DNA of 64,000 nt from Arenicellales bacterium (lineage in GTDB: Bacteria; Pseudomonadota; Gammaproteobacteria; Arenicellales; Poriferihabitantaceae). Positions 1 to 11,167 of this stretch are shown in pieces. A program made the position numbers and the translations under genes. The notes beneath the pieces are model-generated. The model did no database searches, had not been told where the DNA came from, and was given only the letters and a program-made list of their open reading frames with translations. Position 1 is the stretch's first letter; every line of letters begins with the position of its first letter. The stretch spans positions 784,834 through 848,833 of the forward strand of contig OZ220677.1 in the NCBI GenBank assembly GCA_965116335.1, given 5' to 3'.

Positions 1-1184
<1,184 letters not shown>

Positions 1185-1240
1185 TCATCCGGGTATCAGG
1201 CGCGTGTTTGTCAGGGAACCGGAGCAATCGATCTCCCTTT

Positions 1241-1320
1241 TGCTGCTTGTTTCCTACGGAGGTCCTAGCCTCTTCAGGTTCTACGGGTTTTATCTCAGCC
1301 TGCGTGCAGCACCCCGACAA
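1241..1320 (-). promoter_or_regulatory. TPP (THI-box) riboswitch in the thiC leader
   Basis: The minus strand reads GUCGGGGUGCUGCACGCAGGCUGAGAUAAAACCCGUAGAACCUGAAGAGGCUAGGACCUCCGUAGGAAACAAGC. It carries the conserved GGGGUGC, CUGAGA, ACCC..GAACCUGA and CGUAGGAA blocks of the TPP aptamer and ends ~110 nt upstream of the thiC ATG. Confidence 0.85.
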
Positions 1321-1435
1321 GTACACCGGACAGTAGCATAAACCCGGCTCTCATGTCCATCAAAATTCCACCGGAACAGCAGGGCGAGGTAATTTGACAA
1401 TGCGTAGCTGCGGCTCTCTGTGGTATAGTTTACAG

Positions 1436-1942
1436 ATGGCAGCCTGGATTGACAAAGATGGATACAGAAAGAATGTAGGTATTATCGTCTGTAATCACGA
1501 CCAACAGGTCTTGTGGGCACGGCGCTCCCGTCGTGATGGCTGGCAATTTCCACAAGGCGGAGTTGAGCGTGAAGAGTCGCCGCGTGAAGCAGCATTCAGG
1601 GAACTCTATGAAGAACTCGGTCTTATGGATCAGGATGTCAGGCTGCTGGGTAATACTGGAAGCTGGTTACGCTATGACGTACCATATACCATTCGATCCC
1701 GGCGTTATTTACAGAACAGAAAATTCCGTGGGCAGAAACAAAGGTGGTTCCTGTTTCAACTGATTGCCCAGGAATCCAGGGTTCGGCTGGATGTTTCTGA
1801 ACAGCCGGAGTTCGATTGCTGGGAATGGGTGGATTACTGGCAACCGCTGGATCATATCGTAGAGTTCAAAAGACAGGTCTATAAAAAAGCGCTGACCGAG
1901 TTGGAACCATTGTTGACGATCCACGGGCGAGGCCTGCAATAA
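1436..1942 (+). CDS. rppH: RNA pyrophosphohydrolase RppH (Nudix)
   Basis: ORF 1394..1942 has the RppH-type N-terminus WIDKDGYRKNVGIIVCN..WQFPQGG and the Nudix box GGVEREESPREAAFRELYEELGL. Start moved to ATG 1436 (MAAWIDKDGYR) to match normal RppH length. Confidence 0.9.
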   Translation: MAAWIDKDGYRKNVGIIVCNHDQQVLWARRSRRDGWQFPQGGVEREESPREAAFRELYEELGLMDQDVRLLGNTGSWLRYDVPYTIRSRRYLQNRKFRGQKQRWFLFQLIAQESRVRLDVSEQPEFDCWEWVDYWQPLDHIVEFKRQVYKKALTELEPLLTIHGRGLQ

Positions 1943-1974
1943 CGGTTGCAGGCGGGCATGATCGCCCGCGCCAG

Positions 1975-3366
1975 TCACTCGCCTGCGACCGTCAGGTTCT
2001 CGATCAGGATGGATCCCACCCGGATGTTTTTGCGCAGATCGACATCCGAACCGACTGCGGCGACTGCCTTGAACATCTCTTTCAGGTTGCCAGCAACGGT
2101 AAACTCTTGCACCGGATACTGGATTTCCCCGTTCTCCACCCAGAAACCGAACGCGCCTCGTGAATAATCCCCGGTTACCGTGTTTACGCCGAAACCGATG
2201 AGCTCACTGACTACAAGCCCCCGACCCATATCCCGCATTATCTCCTCCAGGTTACCGGGAGTGCCGAACTGGCCCGCATTCGTGCTGACAGTCAGATTAT
2301 GCACGCCTCCCGCATTGCCGGTGGTTTGCAGGCCCAACTTTCTGGCGGAATAACTGTTCAACAACCAATTTTCAAGCGTCCCGTCACAAACAATCCGGTT
2401 TGGCTGTGTGGCGACTCCTTCGTGATCGAATACCGCGCTGCCCATCGCCCTGGGAAGATGAGGCTGCTCCACAATCCCCAAGCCACGCGGGAAAATACGC
2501 TGACCTTTACAGTCCAGCAGGAAGCTCGCCTTTCGATACAGACTCGAACCCTTGATGGCAGAGATCAGATGAGAAATCAGGCTGGATGAAACCCCGCAAT
2601 CAAAAATCACCGGATACTCTCCGGTCCTTACCTTGCGAGCGCCGAGCCTGCGGACGGTTCTTCTGGCAGCCTCGAGTCCGATTGCTTCACAAGACATCAG
2701 ATCATCCGCATGACGCTTGCTGTCATACCAGTAATCACGATGCATATCTTCACCCGCCCCGGCAATCATCGAACAACCAATGCTATGCCGACTTCCTCGC
2801 GATAACCCGAGAAAGCCGTGGGAATTAGCCAGTATACTGACTCCGTTGTGGCTGGATACAGTAGACCCTTCGGTATTGCTGATGCGGGAATCACTGTCCA
2901 TGGCGGCCGTTTCACAGCTTGTCGCAATTTCGGTCATCTGGTCAACCGCGATCGACCACGGGTGATTCAGGTCAAGGTCCGGAAATTCGGTGGCCAGCAA
3001 TTCAATATCCGCCAATCCATTGCACGGGTCCTCTTCGGTATACCTGGCGATATTACACGCCGACCGGACGCAGGAATGGAGTGCTTCATCAGAAAAGTCG
3101 GTAGACGAGGCTGTACCACTGCGATGCCCGAAATAGACCGAGAGGGCGATACTCTTGTCCCGATTGTGCTCAATGGTCTCTACTTCCCCGTGCCGCACGG
3201 TCACCGACCGGCCCTGATCCTGGGATATCGACACTTCCGCCCACTCGGCGCCCTGCTGTTTTGCCTGCTCCAACGCGCCAGACGCGACGCTGACCAGGCT
3301 TCGTTCTACGTCGGACTGTGCATCAGAAAGCCATGTCGGTTGCGGCGCCTGATCGGGTCGCGCCAT
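1975..3366 (-). CDS. pmbA: metalloprotease PmbA/TldE
   Basis: 463-aa ORF with PmbA-family C-terminal blocks (GDYSRGAFGFWVENGEIQYPVQEFTVAGNLKEMF). It is adjacent to, and overlaps by 1 nt with, tldD. Confidence 0.9.
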   Translation of the reverse strand: MARPDQAPQPTWLSDAQSDVERSLVSVASGALEQAKQQGAEWAEVSISQDQGRSVTVRHGEVETIEHNRDKSIALSVYFGHRSGTASSTDFSDEALHSCVRSACNIARYTEEDPCNGLADIELLATEFPDLDLNHPWSIAVDQMTEIATSCETAAMDSDSRISNTEGSTVSSHNGVSILANSHGFLGLSRGSRHSIGCSMIAGAGEDMHRDYWYDSKRHADDLMSCEAIGLEAARRTVRRLGARKVRTGEYPVIFDCGVSSSLISHLISAIKGSSLYRKASFLLDCKGQRIFPRGLGIVEQPHLPRAMGSAVFDHEGVATQPNRIVCDGTLENWLLNSYSARKLGLQTTGNAGGVHNLTVSTNAGQFGTPGNLEEIMRDMGRGLVVSELIGFGVNTVTGDYSRGAFGFWVENGEIQYPVQEFTVAGNLKEMFKAVAAVGSDVDLRKNIRVGSILIENLTVAGE

Positions 3367-4814
3367 CAGACCGACACCCCGCCCACGGTAAGCCCGTCAA
3401 TACGCATGGTCGGCTGGCCCACACCGACCGGGACGCTCTGCCCGTCTTTCCCACAAACCCCTACTCCCGAATCCAGCGCCAGATCATTTCCGACCATGGA
3501 CACACGGGTTAATACTTCGGGGCCATTGCCAATCAGGGTAGCACCCTTGACCGGCCAGGTTACCTTGCCTTTCTCGATCATGTAGGCCTCAGAAGCGCTG
3601 AAGACAAATTTCCCGGAGGTGATATCGACCTGCCCACCCCCGAAATTAACTGCGTACAGACCCTTATCGACAGACGCTATAATCTCTTCAGGGTCATGCT
3701 TTCCGTTATGCATATAGGTATTGGTCATTCTCGGCATCGGCAAATGCGCGTAGGATTCCCTGCGGCCATTGCCGGTAGGCGCCATGCCCATCAATCGCGC
3801 ATTCAGATTATCCTGCATATAGCCAGTCAGGATTCCGTTCTCGATCAACGTCGTATTCTGGCCAGGCGTCCCCTCGTCATCAATCGACAATGATCCGCGG
3901 AGGTTGGCGATGGTTCCATCATCCACCACAGTACACAGCTCGGAAGCCACCTTTTCCCCGATCCTGCCACTGAATGCGGAAGTGCCCTTGCGGTTAAAGT
4001 CACCTTCCAGCCCGTGACCAATCGCTTCATGCAGCAGGATTCCCGGCCAGCCCGGTCCGAGCACAACCACCATTTCCCCTGCTGGCGCCTCCCGCGACTC
4101 CAGCGCAACCAGTGCCTGACGAACCGCCTCCTCTGCATATCCGTGCGCCCGCCCATCTTCCGTGAAAAAATCGTAGCCATAGCGTCCGCCGCCACCGCCG
4201 GAACCCTGTTCCAGCCTACCATTATGCTCGACAATGACGTGCACATTCAGTCGTACCAGCGGACGGATGTCTGCGGCCAGTATACCGTCCGACCGCACCA
4301 CCATCACCACATCGTGCAGACCGGCCAGGCTGACCATAACCTGTGTGATACGGCTGTCGATTGCCCTTGCTGTCTGCTCAACCTCCCTCAACAACGCCAC
4401 CTTATCTGCATCACGCATCGAATCAGGCGGATTAAATGGCTGGTACAGACGGGCAACCGGCTGATCGTAGGGCTGTATTTTGATTGCACGGTGATTGTTG
4501 CCACTCCGGGCGATGGCCTTTGCCGTGTCTGCGGCACTGGTCAAAGCCGGCAGGATGATTTCATCGGAGTAAGCAAACCCGGTTTTTTCTCCACTAACCG
4601 CCCGCACCCCAACCCCCTGATCAATGCTGTAACTCCCTGACTTGACAGTTCCCTCGTCCAGCAACCAGGATTCCTGACGGGAATGCTGGAAATACAAGTC
4701 TGCATAGTCAATCCTCGGCCCCATCACCTGATTGATAGTCCGGGTCAGGGCATGGTCACCCAACCCTGCGGGTTCAAGCAATAACTGCATTGCAGTTTGA
4801 ATCTGGTCAGACAT
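3366..4814 (-). CDS. tldD: metalloprotease TldD
   Basis: 482-aa ORF with the TldD motif [24 protein letters not shown] (HExxxH) and a conserved C-terminal beta-rich region. Confidence 0.92.
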   Translation of the reverse strand: MSDQIQTAMQLLLEPAGLGDHALTRTINQVMGPRIDYADLYFQHSRQESWLLDEGTVKSGSYSIDQGVGVRAVSGEKTGFAYSDEIILPALTSAADTAKAIARSGNNHRAIKIQPYDQPVARLYQPFNPPDSMRDADKVALLREVEQTARAIDSRITQVMVSLAGLHDVVMVVRSDGILAADIRPLVRLNVHVIVEHNGRLEQGSGGGGGRYGYDFFTEDGRAHGYAEEAVRQALVALESREAPAGEMVVVLGPGWPGILLHEAIGHGLEGDFNRKGTSAFSGRIGEKVASELCTVVDDGTIANLRGSLSIDDEGTPGQNTTLIENGILTGYMQDNLNARLMGMAPTGNGRRESYAHLPMPRMTNTYMHNGKHDPEEIIASVDKGLYAVNFGGGQVDITSGKFVFSASEAYMIEKGKVTWPVKGATLIGNGPEVLTRVSMVGNDLALDSGVGVCGKDGQSVPVGVGQPTMRIDGLTVGGVSV

Positions 4815-4985
4815 GGGCGAAGCACAAATGGATTAAAGTCAAAACAGGTCGAAATGACAATTCGCAAACGAAGAACCCATTATAACAGTATGCCCCGGAG
4901 TTTTGCGTTTTTATGTTGCCCATTCACCTTGCAGACCTGGCGATCAGCGCAATCTATCGTAAGAGGTGACATTCAAGACCGTGCC

Positions 4986-6305
4986 CTATGCTATCGAACG
5001 CACCAGTTTCGGGTAATAATAATACAGGGTGAAGGCTCTTAATATCATGAAGCCGGTCAAGCCGATAAAGAGCCCGTGATTGCCGTAAACGGCCTGAAAG
5101 ACTATTACCAGAATCAGATACCCCGCTGTCGACACAATCATGGCGTTACGCATTTCCCGCGCATGCCCCGTACCGATGAATAGTCCATCGAGCTGGAAAC
5201 TCCAGCAAGATACGAGCGGAGAGATAACCATCCAGATCAAATACTGGTCTGCCGCCCGGATAACTTCATCCGCATCAGTAAACAGCGACACGAACCAATT
5301 CCCGAACAGGAGATAAACGACACTGACCAGCGCCGCCATCCCCCCCGACCAAAGCGTGGTCAACCAGGCCGCCCGCTTGAATCGGGCACGATTCCTGGCA
5401 CCATACGCACTGCCTCCCATAGCCTCAACCGCATGAGCAAAGCCATCCAGCCCATAAGCCATGACCGTCTGGAAATGCAGCAAAACCGTATTCACCGCCA
5501 GAATCAACTCGCCGTGCGCAGCGCTTTGCGCAGTAAAGAACGCGAACGAGAAAACCAGGCAGATTGTACGGATGAAAATATTGCCGTTGGTACTCGCCAT
5601 TGCTCTCAATGCGCCAGCCTCGAATACATCAGACCAGCGCAATCTGTCGAGTGCCCGTAGCAATGGCTTGCGTAACAGGAAAAACCCGCAAAGCGCAGCA
5701 CTGTATTCTGCAATCAGGGTGGCCCAGGCCACTCCCGGCACGCCCCATTCAAGAATCGGCACAAACAACAGATCCAGCGCGACATTGGTAAGATTCAGAA
5801 CCAGTTGCAGAATCAGCGCCAGATGAGTCTGATGCATACCGACGAAAATCCCGGTAAAGACATAGACGCAGAGAGTGGCCGGTGCGCCCCAGACTCGAAT
5901 CAGGGCATACTCAGAAGCCAGCGTTTCAACCGCCTCACTGCTGTCAATCAGATACAAGGCCAGTCCGACCAACGGATTACCCAGCATGATCACAGCCAGT
6001 CCCAACACAATCCCCAGCAAAATAAAGCGCAGCATGGTGCCGGAAATCGAATCCTGATCATCGGCGCCGTAGGCACGGGCGATGAACCCGGTAATGCCCA
6101 TCTTCAAAAAACCGAATCCCCAGTAAATAAAACTGAAGATCAGTGCCCCCAGCGCGACCGCTCCGATGTGATGCAATCCCGGCAAATGACCCACCACAGC
6201 GGTATCCACTGCCCCCACCAGAGGCACCGAAATGTTCGAGATAATCATCGGCCCCGCCAGCGCCCAGACCGTGCGGTGAGAAATGTCCCTGGTGGGTGGT
6301 GTCAT
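4986..6305 (-). CDS. MATE family efflux transporter (DinF-like)
   Basis: 439-aa polytopic membrane protein. The N-terminus AGPMIISNISVPLVGAVDTAVVGHL and twofold-repeat architecture are typical of MATE/DinF. Confidence 0.85.
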   Translation of the reverse strand: MTPPTRDISHRTVWALAGPMIISNISVPLVGAVDTAVVGHLPGLHHIGAVALGALIFSFIYWGFGFLKMGITGFIARAYGADDQDSISGTMLRFILLGIVLGLAVIMLGNPLVGLALYLIDSSEAVETLASEYALIRVWGAPATLCVYVFTGIFVGMHQTHLALILQLVLNLTNVALDLLFVPILEWGVPGVAWATLIAEYSAALCGFFLLRKPLLRALDRLRWSDVFEAGALRAMASTNGNIFIRTICLVFSFAFFTAQSAAHGELILAVNTVLLHFQTVMAYGLDGFAHAVEAMGGSAYGARNRARFKRAAWLTTLWSGGMAALVSVVYLLFGNWFVSLFTDADEVIRAADQYLIWMVISPLVSCWSFQLDGLFIGTGHAREMRNAMIVSTAGYLILVIVFQAVYGNHGLFIGLTGFMILRAFTLYYYYPKLVRSIA

Positions 6306-6480
6306 AGAAAAAGATCGAGTCAGACCAGGTTGCCAGATTACAACAAACCTGCTCGGAAAACAGCCATAAAATTATTTGGAAATATTTAAAAATTTAATTG
6401 GAAAACCTGAAATATTATCTTTAGAATCCGCCTGAATATCCGCCGCTCATTTTAGCAATCACCCCTGGGAGAAACCTGTT

Positions 6481-7794
6481 ATGCTGAATGACCTTCGCGC
6501 TACCTGGGCATTGCTGATCGGCATCGGATTCATGATGTTGGGCAACGGACTTCAGGGAACCCTGCTTGGACTACGCGCCACTATGGAGGGCTTCCCCACC
6601 TTCATTACCGGCATCATCATGTCGGGTTACTTTTTCGGCATTCTGGCAGGCTCCATAGTCGCTCCGCGACTGGTAGAACGAGTCGGCCATATTCGGGTAT
6701 TTGCCGCGCTCGCTTCCATGGCATCCATTTCCATTCTCGTGCATGGTCTTCACGTTAGCCCGATCAGCTGGACCGCCATGCGATTCGTCACCGGCTTGAG
6801 TTATGCAGGACTGTACGTGGTAGCGGAAAGCTGGCTGAACGACCGCGCCAGCAACGAGACGCGTGGCCGTATTCTGTCTGTCTATATGGTGATTACCACC
6901 CTGGGACTCGGTTGCGGTCAGTTTCTGCTCAATCTGGGTGACCCACGGCAACTTGAGCTTTTCATTCTGGTTTCCATGATCGCGTCCGCCGGATTGATTC
7001 CAATTTTGCTCACAGCCAAGCCCGCACCCGGATTTGGCCCAACCGAAAAAATGTCCTTGAAAGAGCTCTATCGCGCTTCGCCACTGGCGGTGATCAGCAG
7101 CGCTTTGACCGGAGCAGCGCACGGCACTATTTTTGGGCTGGGGCCGGTTTATGCTGCCCAGATTCTGGAAAGAACCGATCTGGTTTCAATCTTCATGGCT
7201 TGTGTCCTGCTCGGCGGCCTGATTACCCAATGGCCAATCGGCTGGTTATCCGACCGAATTAACCGCAGAGTTACCCTATCCGTTCTTTGCATGGTTTCGA
7301 TAGTCGTTTGCGTCGCAGCGATGTTGCTGGCAAAGGGCAGTACCGCCTATTTTGTCGCGATTGCGATTCTGGGCGGAGCGGCAATACCCATGTATGCGTT
7401 AAACGTCGCTTATGCCAATGACCGATTGAGGCCAGATCAGGTCGTGGCGGCCAGCAGCAGCCTGGTAATGCTGACCGGAATCGGCCTGAGTACAGGTCCG
7501 ATTGCCGTGTCATTCCTGATGGGACAGTTCGGGTCTTCCCTCTTTTTCATTGGAATCGCAATATTCTTTACCCTGATTCTGGGATTCTCAGCCTGGCGTA
7601 TGAGGATTACCGAGGCCATTGCCCCCGGCGACCAAAGCCCGGTGATTGCAACGGGGTTGATCGGTACTCCGGTAGCCGAATATATCGCGCCCGATGCAGA
7701 AGATTATGTGGAAGCGCTGCTCCAGGATGAATTGCACCTGCTGGACGAACAAGACACGGACGACAATGAACGCGACACAACAGCCGCACCGTAA
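6481..7794 (+). CDS. MFS transporter
   Basis: 437-aa protein, ~12 hydrophobic helices, MFS-like loop motifs (e.g. VERVGHIRVF between TM2 and TM3), acidic C-terminal tail. Confidence 0.85.
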   Translation: MLNDLRATWALLIGIGFMMLGNGLQGTLLGLRATMEGFPTFITGIIMSGYFFGILAGSIVAPRLVERVGHIRVFAALASMASISILVHGLHVSPISWTAMRFVTGLSYAGLYVVAESWLNDRASNETRGRILSVYMVITTLGLGCGQFLLNLGDPRQLELFILVSMIASAGLIPILLTAKPAPGFGPTEKMSLKELYRASPLAVISSALTGAAHGTIFGLGPVYAAQILERTDLVSIFMACVLLGGLITQWPIGWLSDRINRRVTLSVLCMVSIVVCVAAMLLAKGSTAYFVAIAILGGAAIPMYALNVAYANDRLRPDQVVAASSSLVMLTGIGLSTGPIAVSFLMGQFGSSLFFIGIAIFFTLILGFSAWRMRITEAIAPGDQSPVIATGLIGTPVAEYIAPDAEDYVEALLQDELHLLDEQDTDDNERDTTAAP

Positions 7795-7922
7795 ACGGCT
7801 GCCTGCTGATCGCGATAGATTATGACTGACTCCATTAGCAAGTCAATAAAATTCACACAACCCGTAGAAACGCATACCCCCACAGGCAGAGTCAGGATCA
7901 GTGCATAACGACAGGGCGTGTT

Positions 7923-8519
7923 TCAAGAAGCGTTCACAAAACCCAGTAAACCTCGGAAGTCGTGCCTGTCGGCAGCTCTGAGCGCCGCAATATATTGATC
8001 GCGACGCTGATTCATACTTTCCAGATTGTGGCCTCCCGCCCAATCAATAGCAGACTCATTCATCAGCTTGGTCAATACGGCATCTGCCATAATACGTGCA
8101 TGACGACCATTCCCGTTTGAGAATGGATGGATATACACAAGCTGGTGGTGAAATCGTGCCGCGAGTTCTTTTGGCAAGTATGTATTGTTATCCACCCAAT
8201 ACTGCGCGTTGTCCAGAAGCTGACGCAACTGAATAGCGATCTGGCCTGGGTCGACACCGATATTCTTTCCTGTCCTGCGAAACTGCCCGGCCCATTTCCA
8301 GACCTTACCAAACAACCGTTTATGAAGATCACGTACAAACCCTTCTGTCAGCACATCGGGGGCCTTCTGCTTTGCAAGCCACTGCATTCCCTCTATGATA
8401 TTAGCCTGCTCAAGCTGATCAAGCTCACCCCGCGTTGAGATATGCTTAAAGCGAAGCCCTTCCATTTCATCAGGATCAAGAGGCGTTGCACCTTCGGGGT
8501 AACACATGACCCCACTCAT
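7923..8519 (-). CDS. Fic/DOC family protein ('mobile mystery protein B' type)
   Basis: 198 aa with the Fic core motif HPFSNGNGRHARIMAD. The N-terminal part (LDPDEMEGLRFKHISTRGELDQLEQANI) resembles the TIGR mob_myst_B family. A 4-nt ATGA overlap joins it to the upstream HTH gene. Confidence 0.85.
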   Translation of the reverse strand: MSGVMCYPEGATPLDPDEMEGLRFKHISTRGELDQLEQANIIEGMQWLAKQKAPDVLTEGFVRDLHKRLFGKVWKWAGQFRRTGKNIGVDPGQIAIQLRQLLDNAQYWVDNNTYLPKELAARFHHQLVYIHPFSNGNGRHARIMADAVLTKLMNESAIDWAGGHNLESMNQRRDQYIAALRAADRHDFRGLLGFVNAS

Positions 8520-8980
8520 TCATCACTCCATAAATCAGAAGGCATTTTTTCTCTGATCTCTGAGGCAATCCGTTCAACCTCAAAAGACAGCAACTCGTCA
8601 TTCAGCGCTTGATCTTCAAGCGCCATGTGAACAGATGCGGCCTCTATTCGCTCTCTGGCTTTTCGAACAGCTCTCTTTTGAATCAGACCTTCTATTTCCT
8701 GCTCAGGTAAAACAGCATAGACGAAACGACAATTCATCGCTCCAGCCATACTTTTCATAGACTTGAGTGTGATACTACCGGTCAATTCGTCTTGTTCCGC
8801 TCTGGAAACCCGCGCTTTTGTAACCCCTAACCGCTTAGCCAACTGTGGTCCCGACATACCCAGAGCATTGCGTACTGTCCGAAGCCACCCCTCAGGAGGC
8901 ATAGAAAGATCATTAACCTGCCTGATAGCCTGGTTAATCTTCTCTCTGTATTGTTGCGCGATAATCTTGTTAATACTCAT
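8516..8980 (-). CDS. XRE-type HTH protein ('mobile mystery protein A' type), likely partner/antitoxin of the Fic protein
   Basis: 154 aa with an HTH segment LRTVRNALGMSGPQLAKRLGVTKARVSRAEQDE; translationally coupled to the Fic gene. Confidence 0.8.
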   Translation of the reverse strand: MSINKIIAQQYREKINQAIRQVNDLSMPPEGWLRTVRNALGMSGPQLAKRLGVTKARVSRAEQDELTGSITLKSMKSMAGAMNCRFVYAVLPEQEIEGLIQKRAVRKARERIEAASVHMALEDQALNDELLSFEVERIASEIREKMPSDLWSDE

Positions 8981-9045
8981 GTATCAACCCTTACATTTAC
9001 TTTCATACATATATTGTAAACATAAATATATACAAGATAACTTAT

Positions 9046-9069
9046 TTAGTCAATATAAATATTGACTAA
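9046..9069. promoter_or_regulatory. 11-bp-arm inverted repeat TTAGTCAATAT-AA-ATATTGACTAA upstream of the HTH/Fic operon (candidate operator, or dgkA terminator)
   Basis: Read directly from the sequence. It lies in an AT-rich region between the dgkA stop (9066) and the HTH gene start (8980). Confidence 0.4.
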
Positions 9070-9455
9070 TATAACCCGTAGAGCGCATATACCCACAGAC
9101 CAGCACTCACAACCAGTGCCATCAGCACCGCGGCGCTGCCCGCATCCTTGGCTTTTTTGGCTTCACGATGAAACTCTTTCGTGACCATATCCACCACGGC
9201 CTCAACTGCAGTGTTCAACAACTCGGCCACCAATACCAGGGCATGACTAAACAAAATGATGATCTTGAGCCAGGGATCGAACGGCAGATACAGACACAAA
9301 GCGGATAGCAACGCGGCAACAACGACCTCCAGCCTGAAAGCGGCTTCCTCACGCCAGGCGGCCCGAAACCCGTCTATCGAATGAAACAACGCCCGCCACA
9401 ACCGGGGGGCGGTGACGGATTGGGGAATTTCCGGCTGCTTGTTCATACGGGACAT
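9066..9455 (-). CDS. dgkA: diacylglycerol kinase
   Basis: DgkA blocks AAWREEAAFRLEVV and LVLVAELLNTAVEAVVD. The ORF-track start (9512) would overlap the divergent gene, so the internal ATG at 9455 (MSRMNKQ) gives a normal ~129-aa DgkA. Confidence 0.85.
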   Translation of the reverse strand: MSRMNKQPEIPQSVTAPRLWRALFHSIDGFRAAWREEAAFRLEVVVAALLSALCLYLPFDPWLKIIILFSHALVLVAELLNTAVEAVVDMVTKEFHREAKKAKDAGSAAVLMALVVSAGLWVYALYGLY

Positions 9456-9510
9456 GATACCAGCCCCGCAAACCGTATGACAGGCCGGATTTATTGTATA
9501 CTGCGTTGCC

Positions 9511-10314
9511 ATGAAGATCGCGAGACTACAACCAGCAGAGAGGGCACCCTGTTACGCCATTGATCACGGCGGCCAGCGCTATACCGAGGCAGTGGGCAAT
9601 CTGTATCAGGGCCTGACAGATACCGGCAATACAGTTACCGGAAAGCTCCTGTCACCCATCCTGCCGACCGACATCTACTGCATCGGACTGAATTACGTTA
9701 AACACGCGCAAGAAGGAAAGCAGGAAATCCCGGATCACCCGGTGCTGTTCTTCAAATCCACGTCCTCATTACAAAACCCCCAGGACCCGATTATCCTGCC
9801 ACGTAAACTATCCAGCGAAAAAGTAGATTACGAGGCCGAACTGGCCGTGGTGATCGGCAAAACCTGCCACAATGTCTCCAGACAAGACGCGCTTGACCAT
9901 GTTCTGGGTTATACCTGCGCGAACGACGTCAGCGCCCGGGACTGGCAACGACTGGGCGGGGGCGGCCAGTGGTGCCGGGGGAAAACATTCGCCACATTCT
10001 GCCCACTCGGCCCGGTACTGGTTACCGCCGATGAAATCCCGAACCCGAACGCACTGGCTATCCAGAGTCATCTGAACGGAGAAACCATGCAGGACTGGAA
10101 TACCAATGACATGATATTCGATGTGCCGGCCCTGATCGAATTTTTGAGCGGAAGTACCCTGCTGAATCCGGGCAGCGTCATACTGACAGGCACTCCCCAC
10201 GGAGTCGGATTCGCCCGCAAACCGCCCGTCTATCTCCAACCCGGAGACCAAATCACCATAGAGATAGAAAACATCGGCAGCCTGACAAACCCGGTTGTTG
10301 AAGAAGAAGCCTGA
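9511..10314 (+). CDS. fumarylacetoacetate hydrolase (FAH) family protein
   Basis: 267 aa with FAH-domain blocks IYCIGLNYVKHAQE, VDYEAELAVVIGK, ANDVSARDWQ and LTGTPHGVG. Confidence 0.88.
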   Translation: MKIARLQPAERAPCYAIDHGGQRYTEAVGNLYQGLTDTGNTVTGKLLSPILPTDIYCIGLNYVKHAQEGKQEIPDHPVLFFKSTSSLQNPQDPIILPRKLSSEKVDYEAELAVVIGKTCHNVSRQDALDHVLGYTCANDVSARDWQRLGGGGQWCRGKTFATFCPLGPVLVTADEIPNPNALAIQSHLNGETMQDWNTNDMIFDVPALIEFLSGSTLLNPGSVILTGTPHGVGFARKPPVYLQPGDQITIEIENIGSLTNPVVEEEA

Positions 10315-10408
10315 TGGTATTCCATCAAACAACCATCAAATAAATCCGAAAAGTCTCCCGCGCCATCCAGACAGTCGGTGAATGTTCCACGCTTTGATCC
10401 CGGTCGTA

Positions 10409-11167
10409 TCATGAAAATTGAGTTGCAGGGTTAATCAATCGCTGTGCGTGCAAATGCTCGTAATGCGGCCAAGCCGCTTCATACACTTGTTTTACCCGGT
10501 CGGGAGCGCTCGCGATGTCGATATACTTCCTGCGCTGTCGTTTCAGTCCATCGGAATTACGCAGATTAGCATGGAATGATCCCCCGTCCCACCAGCTGAC
10601 TTCATCGCGGGCACCCGGTTCCCAGCGCAAGGCACTCTCTATAAAAGGGATTTTGACAGCCTCGCACCACTGGCGCACCATCTCATAAGGCGCTTCCAGC
10701 AAATCATCACTATCGAGAACTGGCGGCGCAACGCCATCCCGTTCACAGAGCCGGTCAAAGAGTTCTCTTTGTTCCTTGAATCCGACTTCGTCCGCGTGGA
10801 AATCCGGCCATTTGCTGAACATGGACGTGATCGTTTTCGCCGGATCACGAATCAGGAAAGAATGTTCAAACAGGTTCAGCAATTCGTCATCCAGGATATG
10901 AGAGACATAGTGCGGGAAATCCTTTGAAAAAACAGCCCCCTCCCTCGCCGTGTCTTTTAGTTTTTTCAGTACACTTGCCAGAGTCAATCCGGGAGTCCGC
11001 AAGCTCTGTGCCGTCACTCGCGGCCATAACGGATTCTCCCCCTGATACCATGCCTCGCCAAAGGGCTCATGGAAACAGATCATATCCCCGCGCTGGCGCA
11101 TCATCCACTCAAATGCAGTAGAGGTAGAACGCGGCACCGCCCATAATACCAGTATCCGGTTCATCAT
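10409..11167 (-). CDS. sulfotransferase-like family protein (function unknown)
   Basis: 252 aa. The N-terminal ILVLWAVPRSTSTAFEWMM resembles the PAPS 5'-phosphosulfate-binding loop (PxSGTT-like) of sulfotransferases. Assignment by motif only. Confidence 0.45.
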   Translation of the reverse strand: MMNRILVLWAVPRSTSTAFEWMMRQRGDMICFHEPFGEAWYQGENPLWPRVTAQSLRTPGLTLASVLKKLKDTAREGAVFSKDFPHYVSHILDDELLNLFEHSFLIRDPAKTITSMFSKWPDFHADEVGFKEQRELFDRLCERDGVAPPVLDSDDLLEAPYEMVRQWCEAVKIPFIESALRWEPGARDEVSWWDGGSFHANLRNSDGLKRQRRKYIDIASAPDRVKQVYEAAWPHYEHLHAQRLINPATQFS

